A DNA stretch of 64,000 nucleotides from an uncultured Algibacter sp. (GTDB lineage Bacteria > Bacteroidota > Bacteroidia > Flavobacteriales > Flavobacteriaceae). Positions 52,189 to 61,607 of this stretch are shown here, piece after piece; positions within the stretch are counted from its first letter, which is position 1, and the number at the start of each line of letters is the position of its first letter. Location of the stretch: the NCBI GenBank assembly GCA_938003745.1, contig CALKXS010000084.1, positions 6,746 to 70,745 of the forward strand. The letters are read 5' to 3'. Below the pieces are notes generated by a model. The model did no database searches, was not told the origin of the DNA, and saw only the letters and a program-made list of their open reading frames with translations. Both the position numbers and the translations under genes were made by a program.

Positions 52189-53310
52189 TTATTTCCGTAA
52201 AACGGATTGTATTGGCATTGTTAATTGCTCACTTACATTTTTAGCTCCATTTTCATTAAAGTGCATTCCATCATAAAAGTTGGTTGTATCTTTTTCTATT
52301 CTTGGTTCTAGATCAAAAAAAGTAAACGAATTTTCTTCTGCAACTTTTTTAAGTCTACTATTAAAGCGATCCATGCATTTTTTCAAAACACTCGTATGAA
52401 AATACCATGTGCTTTCTTTTTCAATATTTTTATTTTCCCCTAGCCAAAGTAATTGCTCTTCTTTATTTGGCATTTCATATTTCCATAAATAAGGTTGCGT
52501 CAAAAGGAGAAGTTCAACTCCTTGTTGTTTACAAAGGTTCGTTATTTCTAGAATATTTTCCTCATAAAGATCCAAAGCCTTTTCAATATTTGGCATTTTA
52601 ACAATTTTATTTTTACTATAAAAACGTTTCTTTCTAGCTATATTTAACTTTTTTCCATCTATGTCCATATTTATAGTTTTTTGTGGAAAATAAAAGAAAT
52701 TTCTGTTTTTTAGAATTTCAACTAATTTAAAATTGTTTGGAAAAGTACTATTTGCAGTATTTGTATGATAGGTATACATTGTATTCTGTACTTCTGAAGA
52801 ACTTAATTTTTCAAAATCAGGAACATATTTTAAATACCTGAGCATATCATTTATACCCATTAAAAAAATTACTAAATCAATTTTAGGAAAACTTGCTTCT
52901 AAAACCTTTAATTGTTCTATATGGTGCTGACTATTCAATCCACTTTTTCCTAAATTTCCTAGCCAGATCTCTTCTTCTATATTATTAGAAATTTTTTCCT
53001 TTAATAACTTTGTCCATGTTTTATCTTCATTCAATAAAAAACATTCTGTTGTACTACCACCAATAGCTAAAATATGATACTTCGCTTTTGAATTGTATAA
53101 TTCGCCTCTATACCCGTCTTTATTAATCTTTACTGAAGTAGACCTAGAAAAACCAGGAAAACTAACAGTATCTATTTTAAATTCATATGTTGAATTGGGC
53201 CTAAATAGTAAATGTGAATTGGCAGGTTCTAAAAATCGAATTCCTATCTCTAAACAAGAAAAAATAAAAATTAAACTAAAAAAAATAATGCTAATTTTTT
53301 TGATTGACAT
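52189..53310 (-). CDS. Membrane-anchored SGNH/GDSL-fold protein
   Basis: N-terminal TM helix; GGSTT, GIND, YDGMHFN. Confidence 0.85.
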   Translation of the reverse strand: MSIKKISIIFFSLIFIFSCLEIGIRFLEPANSHLLFRPNSTYEFKIDTVSFPGFSRSTSVKINKDGYRGELYNSKAKYHILAIGGSTTECFLLNEDKTWTKLLKEKISNNIEEEIWLGNLGKSGLNSQHHIEQLKVLEASFPKIDLVIFLMGINDMLRYLKYVPDFEKLSSSEVQNTMYTYHTNTANSTFPNNFKLVEILKNRNFFYFPQKTINMDIDGKKLNIARKKRFYSKNKIVKMPNIEKALDLYEENILEITNLCKQQGVELLLLTQPYLWKYEMPNKEEQLLWLGENKNIEKESTWYFHTSVLKKCMDRFNSRLKKVAEENSFTFFDLEPRIEKDTTNFYDGMHFNENGAKNVSEQLTMPIQSVLRK

Positions 53311-53325
53311 TTGAGTTCTTTATAT

Positions 53326-54426
53326 TTATTTATATCTAAGAAACTCATGGATTTGATTTGAAACCAATTTAGCTCCAGACTCATTAAAATGCAAATCATC
53401 ATAAAAAGCCTCTGTAGTTTTTGGAATTTCCAAGTCTATGCAATCAACGCTATTTTCAAGGCATACTTTTTTTAAGCGCTCATTAAAAAAAATCATTCCT
53501 GTAGACAATGCAGAAGGAGTGTAAAAAGACGTATTGTTTTTAAATCCGCTAGTAATCAACAAATCATCATACGCTTTTTCTAAATTTGGCTTCCATAAGG
53601 TTGCTTGCGTAATAAAAACGACATGTAAGTTTCTTTCTTTTGCCTTGTCAATAATCTTTTGAATATTTTCCTCATAGTGTTTCAAGCTTATTTCTAAAGA
53701 AGGTAGCTTTTCTACCATTTTAGCCTCTTTTCTTAACAATTTTATTTCATTGGCTTTTTGTGTCAAAGTACCATTGAACCTATAAAAAGAAATATTTCTT
53801 TTCGCATTTTTAAGCAATTTGTAAAATGCCAGTTTTTCTTTAAACTGAGTATGTGCATCATTAGGTAGGTGTTTAAAAGCTGCTCTCCACATTGCTCCGC
53901 TAGTATTGTCTAGATATTTTTTAGGAGAAATTAAGTAACCTACGAAATCATTTCCTCCTTGCATTATCAAAACCGTTTTCACATCTTTCAATTCTTTCTT
54001 TTTAAGAATATATTCAAATTGTAAAACATGATGATTGCTACTGTTTCCAGGTCTACCAAAATTACCGACCCAATAAGTTTCCCCTAACTTCTCTTCCAAC
54101 AAAGCTGTCCAGGTTTTCTTTTGGGACAAAGCGAAGCAAGCTGTAGTACTTCCGCCAAGAGCTACAATTTTATGTTCTTTATTTTTGAAATTAGAAATGG
54201 ACCTAGATCCTAACTCATCGAAAGAAACCTGAGCATCACCTTCAATCCCAGCAATCTGCTCAGAATTTATTTTCCATACAAAACTAGAATTTGGAGTTGC
54301 AGTATAAAAATCATTTGGAAAAATTTGGAAATATGAAAGAATAATTTCAGATACTATTATTAAAATAATTGTTAGAATTCCTGAAAAAAAAAGTTTTTTT
54401 AATATACCTACTTTTAAATTTATCAT
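53326..54426 (-). CDS. Membrane-anchored SGNH/GDSL-fold protein
   Basis: N-terminal TM helix; GGSTT, GGND, YDDLHFN; start uncertain (54426 or 54465). Confidence 0.85.
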   Translation of the reverse strand: MINLKVGILKKLFFSGILTIILIIVSEIILSYFQIFPNDFYTATPNSSFVWKINSEQIAGIEGDAQVSFDELGSRSISNFKNKEHKIVALGGSTTACFALSQKKTWTALLEEKLGETYWVGNFGRPGNSSNHHVLQFEYILKKKELKDVKTVLIMQGGNDFVGYLISPKKYLDNTSGAMWRAAFKHLPNDAHTQFKEKLAFYKLLKNAKRNISFYRFNGTLTQKANEIKLLRKEAKMVEKLPSLEISLKHYEENIQKIIDKAKERNLHVVFITQATLWKPNLEKAYDDLLITSGFKNNTSFYTPSALSTGMIFFNERLKKVCLENSVDCIDLEIPKTTEAFYDDLHFNESGAKLVSNQIHEFLRYK

Positions 54427-54440
54427 TTTAATAATACTAT

Positions 54441-55208
54441 TTATTTTTTTGTATAGCAAAGCCAAGGGAAAGGGGAATCTTTTTTACTAAAAAAAATATT
54501 AAAAATATTTTTTTTCGGTGTATATAGCTTTTTGAAATTTTCAATACATGTAATTTCATGATGAAAATAACTAGATGCCATTTTAGGATAACCGAGTTTT
54601 GTATAATATTGTTTGGTTCTTTGTTTTGCTTCTTTAACTTTTTTACTGCTATAAAAAGGGCTATCTATTATATGAATTTCTCCGTCAGATTTTAAAAACT
54701 GTTTCAATTGATTAATTAAATCTTTGAAATCTGCAAAGTATTGAATAGCAGCATTAATAACTATTATATCAAATTGTTCTTTTAAAGACTTATTTATTTT
54801 ATAAATATTACCATAGGCAAAATTTAAATTTGTATTACTAAAAATCCTGGAAGCTTGTTCCAATTCATTTATATTTATATCTAAACCAATTACTTTATTT
54901 TTATAAGACACATTTGCTATTTTATGAGAAAACCATCCATTTCCACATCCTATATCCAAAATACTTTGTTTTTTTTGTTTCTGTTTTAGATAATTTATAA
55001 ATCTTTTGGTTGATTTTTGACGTACTTGCCATTCTTTGTAATGTGGGTTTTCTTTGGAGCAAAAGGGTAGTTTGAGAACTTCTTTGTCATTTAAATAACG
55101 TTGTTCTTTATCTCTCACAGAGATGTATAAATTTGAAAAGGAGGTGTCCTTAGGGCTTAAGTAGAACACATTGTTTTTAGAATCAAATTTTTTAATTTGT
55201 ATCATCAC
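54441..55208 (-). CDS. Class I SAM methyltransferase
   Basis: LDIGCGNG, FDIIVINAAIQY; start overlaps the radical SAM stop. Confidence 0.88.
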   Translation of the reverse strand: MMIQIKKFDSKNNVFYLSPKDTSFSNLYISVRDKEQRYLNDKEVLKLPFCSKENPHYKEWQVRQKSTKRFINYLKQKQKKQSILDIGCGNGWFSHKIANVSYKNKVIGLDININELEQASRIFSNTNLNFAYGNIYKINKSLKEQFDIIVINAAIQYFADFKDLINQLKQFLKSDGEIHIIDSPFYSSKKVKEAKQRTKQYYTKLGYPKMASSYFHHEITCIENFKKLYTPKKNIFNIFFSKKDSPFPWLCYTKK

Positions 55209-56581
55209 TTCAAATTTTTCATTTTTGTTTGAGCAAGAATTGATTTAATTTTCATCTTAAAAGCTTCAACGTAATTTCCTTTTGACTTTTCTTTGTAGTG
55301 ATTTACCTCATTTACAACCCATTTTACAGCATAATCATAATATTCCCTTGAGTATGTTCTTTTAAAATCAATTTGTCTGTCAGTAGATGTTTCCCAATTT
55401 GGTTTAACCGTTATTTTTTCTTCTATTTCATTATATAATAAAGTCCCTTTTATAGGGTATGCTATTGTAATAGTAAAGTGCGTGGGATTTGCAGCCTTTA
55501 AATAATTAATAGTTTCTAGAATGTCTTGTTCGTCTTCGCCAGGGTAACCAACCATTATAAAAGTTCCAGTTTCAATACCCAATGCATTAGTTTTTTGAAT
55601 AGCATTTTTTACGACATCAACATCTACACGCCTATCCATAGCATCAATGATTTTTTGTGATCCACTTTCTGCTCCAATCCAAATACGAAAACATCCGGAC
55701 TCTTTAAGCAGTCGTAGTATTTCATCATTTAAACGTTCTGCACGTGTAATACATTCAAAAGGAATATTGGCTTTTTGTTTACTTACTTCTTTATGAAATT
55801 CTTTAATCCATTTATGGCTTACACTAAAAACATCGTCTACAAACCAAACACTATCCGGGTTATAAGTATCTTTTAACATACGCATTTCAGCTGCAACCAT
55901 ATTTGGAGGGCGCCTTCTATAACTTTGTCCATAAACGGCTGTACTACACCATTTACAAGTATAAGGACAACCGCGTTGAGTACTTATAGTCATAGAGCTT
56001 TTTCCATGATGTGTTTTCCAAATCTCTAAATATTTTTCTACAGGAATAGCAGACCTATTAGGTAAAGGCAGCTCTTTTAAATTTTTTAATCGTATGCGTG
56101 GAGCTGTTTTTTTTAGAGTCCCATTTTTTAGATAAGCAATACCTTCAATTTGACTATAATCTTCATTATTGGCTATCGCATTATATAATTCGAGTGTAGT
56201 TTGTTCTCCTTCTCCAATAATGAGAAAATCAACGCCAATATTAAGATAGTTTTTTAGATTGTATGTAATATCTGGACCTCCTAAAATAATTTTAGGGAAA
56301 CCATATTTAGGGTTGTTATTTAATACTTTAGCCAATTTAATAACATTAATCTTAGTCATTAAATTGGTGTAAATGGCAACGACTTTAGGTTGCTTTTCTT
56401 CTATAAAATTAAGTTGGTCATTTTTAGAGTAAAATGTAGAATCATATACATGGTTTTCTATAGCTTTTTCATTTAAATATGCAGATATGTATAAAAGGCC
56501 AAGTGGAGCATATGGTTTCATAATAGATTGCTCTTTAGGGTCTTCAAATAAATAATAGGTATGTGTAAGTATAATACTCAT
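55205..56581 (-). CDS. Cobalamin-binding radical SAM protein
   Basis: PLGLLYISAYL, ILGGP, GEGE, RGCPYTCKWC, VDDVF, IGAESGS. Confidence 0.92.
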   Translation of the reverse strand: MSIILTHTYYLFEDPKEQSIMKPYAPLGLLYISAYLNEKAIENHVYDSTFYSKNDQLNFIEEKQPKVVAIYTNLMTKINVIKLAKVLNNNPKYGFPKIILGGPDITYNLKNYLNIGVDFLIIGEGEQTTLELYNAIANNEDYSQIEGIAYLKNGTLKKTAPRIRLKNLKELPLPNRSAIPVEKYLEIWKTHHGKSSMTISTQRGCPYTCKWCSTAVYGQSYRRRPPNMVAAEMRMLKDTYNPDSVWFVDDVFSVSHKWIKEFHKEVSKQKANIPFECITRAERLNDEILRLLKESGCFRIWIGAESGSQKIIDAMDRRVDVDVVKNAIQKTNALGIETGTFIMVGYPGEDEQDILETINYLKAANPTHFTITIAYPIKGTLLYNEIEEKITVKPNWETSTDRQIDFKRTYSREYYDYAVKWVVNEVNHYKEKSKGNYVEAFKMKIKSILAQTKMKNLK

Positions 56582-57381
56582 TATGTAGTCTCTGTATGCT
56601 GTTTTTTTGTTAATTCAATTAAGAAATGATCTGCGTACTTTGCAAAAAACGAACCCGTTACTATGGAATCAATTCCCTTAAAAATTGATATTAATGGTTG
56701 TTTTGTTAAAATTGATTTTTCTAAATAAGAAGGTGGAATGGTTAGACCTATTGGTTTAATTTTATTTAATGTAAATAATTCGTTTGATAAAGATACAATA
56801 TCTTTAGGAGTGTAATACCATGTTTCTACACGAACTCCATTTACATTTGCTATAATACTTTTAGAGGTATTTCTTCTTTTTGCTTTTTTTAGATTTCTTT
56901 TTAAAAAAAAATACACTCGTTCCCAAATGCAGTGCTTGGGCATAATGACAAGTATGAGTTTTCCTTTAGGGTTTAATAAATTAGAAGCTTCATTAAAAAA
57001 TGTTTTTAGCTCTTTATTCGACAAACAATTTAAGCCTCCAAAATTTGAAAAAATTAAATCAAATTTTTTTTCAAATGAATTACTAGAAAGGGTATTAATA
57101 TCTTGAACTTGAAAAGCTACATTTTTTGGATGTTTTTTTGCTTTTGATATATTTATCATTTTTTCCGAAATATCTGTAGCAATAACATTATGACCTAAGT
57201 TCCCAATAAGAACAGCATCTACTCCTGTTCCGCAATTTAATTCTAAAATTGAAAGCTTTTCGGCTTGATTTAATAATGGGTACGTATACGTAAAAACACG
57301 ATTACGTTGAGCTTTTCCTATTTTAGAGAATGTAAAAATAGAATCATATTTACTAGATGCAATATCGAAATCAGCTTTCAT
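56581..57381 (-). CDS. Class I SAM methyltransferase
   Basis: LELNCGTG, DISEKM, FSNFGGLNC. Confidence 0.88.
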   Translation of the reverse strand: MKADFDIASSKYDSIFTFSKIGKAQRNRVFTYTYPLLNQAEKLSILELNCGTGVDAVLIGNLGHNVIATDISEKMINISKAKKHPKNVAFQVQDINTLSSNSFEKKFDLIFSNFGGLNCLSNKELKTFFNEASNLLNPKGKLILVIMPKHCIWERVYFFLKRNLKKAKRRNTSKSIIANVNGVRVETWYYTPKDIVSLSNELFTLNKIKPIGLTIPPSYLEKSILTKQPLISIFKGIDSIVTGSFFAKYADHFLIELTKKQHTETT

Positions 57382-57407
57382 TTATATGAAGTTATCAAAG
57401 TTACTTT

Positions 57408-58841
57408 TTATTTAGCTAGTTTTTTTAAAAGCAATTTATCGTAAAATGCACTTGGGATATAATATACCAATTTATATATAGATTTTAGCTTAGTAATATT
57501 AAGTTGTTTTAAATTATAAAGCCCTTGACTTTTTCGATACTCTTTATGAACGTATCGTTGTAGTTTTCTATAAAATTGCGTGCTGTAATTTCCCTTAAAT
57601 AACATTGCTAAATCGTCTGAATTTGTCCAATTAGCTTTTAGTTTTAAATCATCTTTGACCTTCTCATAAAATTTTGTTCCAGGTAACGGATATGAAATTG
57701 AAACTCCAATATTGTCAGGTATCAATTCTTTAATCATTTGAATAGTCTTTTCTATATCTTTTTGAGTTTCTTTTATATATCCAAATTGAATAAAGAATGC
57801 GACTCGAACATCTTTTCCTTTTAATAATTGTGTTGCTTCATAAATTTGTTCAACTGTAGTTTCTTTGTCCATAGCGTCTAAAATAGGTTGTGAGCCACTT
57901 TCGGCGCCAACCCAAACTTCTTCTAATCCACTTTCGGCTAGAGCATCAATAGTGTCTTCTTTTAATAATAAATCTACACGACTTTGAATATAATATGAAA
58001 TAGTAAGCTTTTCTTTTTTTAGCTCATTTTTAAAATTTTGAACCCAATTTGGTTTTAAACCAAAAATATCATCACACATCCAAAAGCGGTTAACAGCGTA
58101 AGTTTTAGAAAGGTGTTTTATATGTTCTGTAATATATTTTGGAGAGTGTGAATTATATCGATTGCCATAAATAGGCTTTGCACACCAGTTACATTTATAT
58201 GGGCAGCCACGAGTGGTTGCTATATTTAATGTAAATTCATTTCCTCCATCTATCCAAATTTCCCTATATGCTTCTATATCAATTAAGTCCCAAGCAGGCA
58301 TTGGAAGTTCATCTAAATCACGTAAAACTGAATGCTTTGGGTTTTTGACAATTTCTCCATTTTTTTTAAAAACCAGACCTTTTATGGTGGTTGTATCTTG
58401 GTTTTTAATTAAAGCTTTTGCTAATTCTTTTAAACTAATCTCACCTTCACCTTGAATCACAAAATCTGCACCGTTATCCAAATATTTTTTATAATGATCT
58501 GTAGAATCAGAACTACAAACAATAATTTTACAATTGAGGTTTTTTGCAATTCTAATCATCTCAAAAGCTGCTTCTCGCATTGTAGTTAAGCACATTTTAG
58601 TTAGATAATTGAAGCCATCATCATATAATACAAATATTTTAGGCTTTTTTATTTCTAAATATGGTCTAATGCTTTTTGGATCATCTAATAGATTTGCATC
58701 ATATAGACCAACACTAAAGTTGTTTTTTCTTAGATAAGAAGCTGCGTATAAAGTGCCTAAAGGAGGATATGGTGTTCGATTTTCCCATTGTTTAGGATCG
58801 AACTTATAATAATACGAATGCGAAAATACGACATCAAGCAT
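57408..58841 (-). CDS. Cobalamin-binding radical SAM protein
   Basis: PPLGTLYAASYL, GEGE, RGCPYKCNWC, CDDIF, VGAESGS. Confidence 0.92.
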   Translation of the reverse strand: MLDVVFSHSYYYKFDPKQWENRTPYPPLGTLYAASYLRKNNFSVGLYDANLLDDPKSIRPYLEIKKPKIFVLYDDGFNYLTKMCLTTMREAAFEMIRIAKNLNCKIIVCSSDSTDHYKKYLDNGADFVIQGEGEISLKELAKALIKNQDTTTIKGLVFKKNGEIVKNPKHSVLRDLDELPMPAWDLIDIEAYREIWIDGGNEFTLNIATTRGCPYKCNWCAKPIYGNRYNSHSPKYITEHIKHLSKTYAVNRFWMCDDIFGLKPNWVQNFKNELKKEKLTISYYIQSRVDLLLKEDTIDALAESGLEEVWVGAESGSQPILDAMDKETTVEQIYEATQLLKGKDVRVAFFIQFGYIKETQKDIEKTIQMIKELIPDNIGVSISYPLPGTKFYEKVKDDLKLKANWTNSDDLAMLFKGNYSTQFYRKLQRYVHKEYRKSQGLYNLKQLNITKLKSIYKLVYYIPSAFYDKLLLKKLAK

Positions 58842-58907
58842 ATTCCTGAGGTAATTCTAGGTTATATTGTTTTTCTATCTTTTCATAATCTTGATTTAAC
58901 TTATCGA

Positions 58908-59741
58908 TTACCTTTTTTTGAAGTTTTGAGGGTGATGTTTAGAAACATTCTTAGTGGATTTCATTGCTATATTAAAATCATTTCCCTTAATAGTATTACT
59001 AAATTTTGATTTCCATTTGCTTAATGTCATTTTTCTTAAAAAAGTATCAGTGAAATTTCCAATTTTCGTATTGAAAACAGCTTCAATAGCTATAGTTATC
59101 CATACTTTATTAGTCTCTTTTATTAATGAAAGATTATGGTCTTTTGCGTTAGGGAAATATAAATTATGCCATTTATTTTCTTTAATAAAAGAATTAAACA
59201 CATTTTTGCCATATAAAGGAATTAATGTAAGGAGTTCTGTTGCAGTAAATCTGTTTTTTTCAGAAATTTCTAATTGATTACTTGAAATAAAATAATTAAC
59301 ACAAAAATATTTTCTTGAGTTTAATAATAATATTTTTTTATAAAGTATTAAGAATGTTCTGGAAACCCACAATCGATTAGGTTTAGTGATAATAAAAAAA
59401 TCAATATCTCCATCTTTGTCATAAAACCCTTTAGATAAAGAACCTGATATGTTTACGCTTTCTACATAGGGGAATTTAGAAATTAATTTAGCAACTTTTT
59501 TAGCTTTTGGCATTATTTGCTCTGCCATTAAATTTCCTTCTAGCCTTCTTTTTATAAGTGACATATCATTTGAATCTGTATAGAATCTTTCAAATTTAAA
59601 AATAATACCTTTTTCTAATAAAAAGTTAAGTTGAGTATTCATTTCTTTTTTAGAAGCAATGTCTGAAAAAATAAAAAGTTCCTCTATGGTTAATGGGTAT
59701 TTAAAAATAGAAAAATATAGTAGTGTTTTTAAAACTGTCAA
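58908..59741 (-). CDS. Pol-beta-superfamily nucleotidyltransferase with N-terminal winged-helix-like region; C-terminus probably frameshifted
   Basis: ISGSLSKG...DGDIDFFII motif; the -1 frame continues to a stop at 58834. Confidence 0.82.
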   Translation of the reverse strand: MTVLKTLLYFSIFKYPLTIEELFIFSDIASKKEMNTQLNFLLEKGIIFKFERFYTDSNDMSLIKRRLEGNLMAEQIMPKAKKVAKLISKFPYVESVNISGSLSKGFYDKDGDIDFFIITKPNRLWVSRTFLILYKKILLLNSRKYFCVNYFISSNQLEISEKNRFTATELLTLIPLYGKNVFNSFIKENKWHNLYFPNAKDHNLSLIKETNKVWITIAIEAVFNTKIGNFTDTFLRKMTLSKWKSKFSNTIKGNDFNIAMKSTKNVSKHHPQNFKKR

Positions 59742-59775
59742 TGAAAATTTGTATTATAAGTTTAACAAAATTGTA

Positions 59776-60321
59776 TTATTTTTTTAGCATACTGAAATTA
59801 AATATTACTTTAATATTTTCTGAAATTTTGCTTTTAACTATTTTAGGAATATCTATATCAAAGTCAGAAGCTTTAACTAAAAAGTTTCCTGAAATTGTTA
59901 AAATTTCATTCTTGATATTAATAGAGACTTTGTTTGCTTTAATCTCTATTGTTTTTCCATGAAATGTTAAATTACCATCAATATTAAAGGAAGTGTCTTT
60001 GTTTGTTATTTTTTTTAGTGTAAAATCATTGATTTGTCCTTTAAAAATAGCTTTTGGATATTTGTCCGATTCGGCGTAATTTTCATTAAAATGCTCCTCC
60101 ATTAATGCATTTTTAAAACGAAAGCCTTTAATTAAAGCAAGTGAGGCAAACTCGCCGTTTTCGGTATTAATAATAGCGGTAACTGATTTATTATTTGCTT
60201 TTACTTCTTCAAAAGAAGGTACAGATGCTTCAAAATTTACCACCCCTGTTTTCGTTAAATATTTAGTTTGAGCAAAAGTATTTAAGGTTATAAAGGCGAT
60301 AATTATAGCAGAATATTTCAT
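59776..60321 (-). CDS. YceI-family (polyisoprenoid-binding) protein
   Basis: Signal peptide; LMEEHFNENY, YPKAIFKG, GNLTFHG. Confidence 0.9.
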   Translation of the reverse strand: MKYSAIIIAFITLNTFAQTKYLTKTGVVNFEASVPSFEEVKANNKSVTAIINTENGEFASLALIKGFRFKNALMEEHFNENYAESDKYPKAIFKGQINDFTLKKITNKDTSFNIDGNLTFHGKTIEIKANKVSINIKNEILTISGNFLVKASDFDIDIPKIVKSKISENIKVIFNFSMLKK

Positions 60322-60362
60322 GGCGGTTTTGTGAAAAAATGAATATTATATTAAAAGATTTT

Positions 60363-60728
60363 TTAATTTTCTAAAAGTCCATCATCTTTCCATTGTTGAA
60401 CAGAGGCTCTTAAAGTTATGTTTATTTGGCCAGAAGGAGGCATAGGGTTACTAGAGCTATTAAGGCGATTTAAAATATTATTGATACTACTTCTAACTTG
60501 ATTATAGCTCACAAATGAATTAGGGGCGCCCCTTAAAGTTGGGTTACCATGACATTGTAAACAATTATCATCAATGATAGTTTTGATATGATTATCATAA
60601 GTGATTTTTTCTATTGGCACAGGAATCATCACTTGTGGATTTAAATCATCATTACTACTACTAGAACAGCTAAATAATAATAGTGAAGAGGTAAATAGAT
60701 AAGTTAAACTTTTAAATGTCGTTTTCAT
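60363..60728 (-). CDS. Monoheme cytochrome c-like lipoprotein
   Basis: Lipobox LFSC; CLQCH heme-binding motif; distal MPP. Confidence 0.8.
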   Translation of the reverse strand: MKTTFKSLTYLFTSSLLLFSCSSSSNDDLNPQVMIPVPIEKITYDNHIKTIIDDNCLQCHGNPTLRGAPNSFVSYNQVRSSINNILNRLNSSSNPMPPSGQINITLRASVQQWKDDGLLEN

Positions 60729-60751
60729 AGTTCTTTTTTATTTATAATATT

Positions 60752-61600
60752 TTAAAATCGTCGGCTAAGATTGAATCCAAAAAAGATATCTCCATTACTC
60801 CAATCTCCTGAACCTTGACCAAGAAACCCATTTGTGTTCATAGCTAAAGAATTAGAAAAATGCATTTGAAATACATGACCTCCAGTTTCTAAATCGATGC
60901 CTATAGATAGTGGATTTCTAAAAGGAGAATTGTTAGCTCTATTTAAATGTAAACCATAATCAGTATTTAAGGACCATCGTTTTCCTAGTTTATAACGACC
61001 GCCAAAGCCAATAGCAAATTGAGAATTGTCTTGGTTGTTAACGAGAACATAATTATCATGGAAGAAAGTTGGAGCTATTTCTAAAGATAAATTTGAATTG
61101 ATTTTTTTAGAAATTAATATTTGTGCCGTGTAGCCTAACCTATGCTTAAATTCAAGTAGAGGAAGATTTTTTTTATCTAAAGCAGTATTAATTAGAAATG
61201 AATTATAGCCTACTAAGGTAAAAGGAAATCCGTTTTCTACTTGTTCTATAAGTTTATATTTTCCTGAGAGTTCATAAATTTTTAAGAAAGAACTTCTTGA
61301 TAATCCTATATTTATTCTATCCGATATACCATAAACAAAATTTAAACGGGTTACAGCTTCATCTAATCCAAAAAAAGTGTCAATACCGTTTTTTAAGCTT
61401 CCAAACCTGTGAGATACAATAAAAGTAAGCTCTTGTTTAGAAACCAGTTTGGTAGATTCAAAATTTACTATTTTTAAACCTTTAAAAGTTGCAATAACCT
61501 TTTTATTTTTAGTTGGCTCTGTGTCGATTTCACTTAATAAATCATTTTGTGAAGAAATAATAAATGGAAAACATAAGAAAAAGTATATTATATGCCTCAT
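60752..61600 (-). CDS. DUF5777-like outer-membrane beta-barrel protein
   Basis: Signal peptide; SHRFG, ETGGHVFQ; ends FGFNLSRRF. Confidence 0.8.
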   Translation of the reverse strand: MRHIIYFFLCFPFIISSQNDLLSEIDTEPTKNKKVIATFKGLKIVNFESTKLVSKQELTFIVSHRFGSLKNGIDTFFGLDEAVTRLNFVYGISDRINIGLSRSSFLKIYELSGKYKLIEQVENGFPFTLVGYNSFLINTALDKKNLPLLEFKHRLGYTAQILISKKINSNLSLEIAPTFFHDNYVLVNNQDNSQFAIGFGGRYKLGKRWSLNTDYGLHLNRANNSPFRNPLSIGIDLETGGHVFQMHFSNSLAMNTNGFLGQGSGDWSNGDIFFGFNLSRRF

Positions 61601-61607
61601 AGTTTTT

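Noticed and set aside
39288-59741. RiPP or hopanoid pathway as the target of the B12 radical SAM enzymes
   Set aside because: I found no plausible precursor peptide, peptidase-transporter or squalene-hopene cyclase in the window. A distant locus cannot be excluded.
35645-59741. Frequent GTG/TTG starts among cluster genes
   Set aside because: Starts are inferred, and the sigma gene outside the cluster also starts with GTG; no baseline is available to show enrichment.
39090-59775. Cobalamin riboswitch controlling the cluster
   Set aside because: The intergenic gaps are short and AT-rich, and I saw no B12-box-like sequence.
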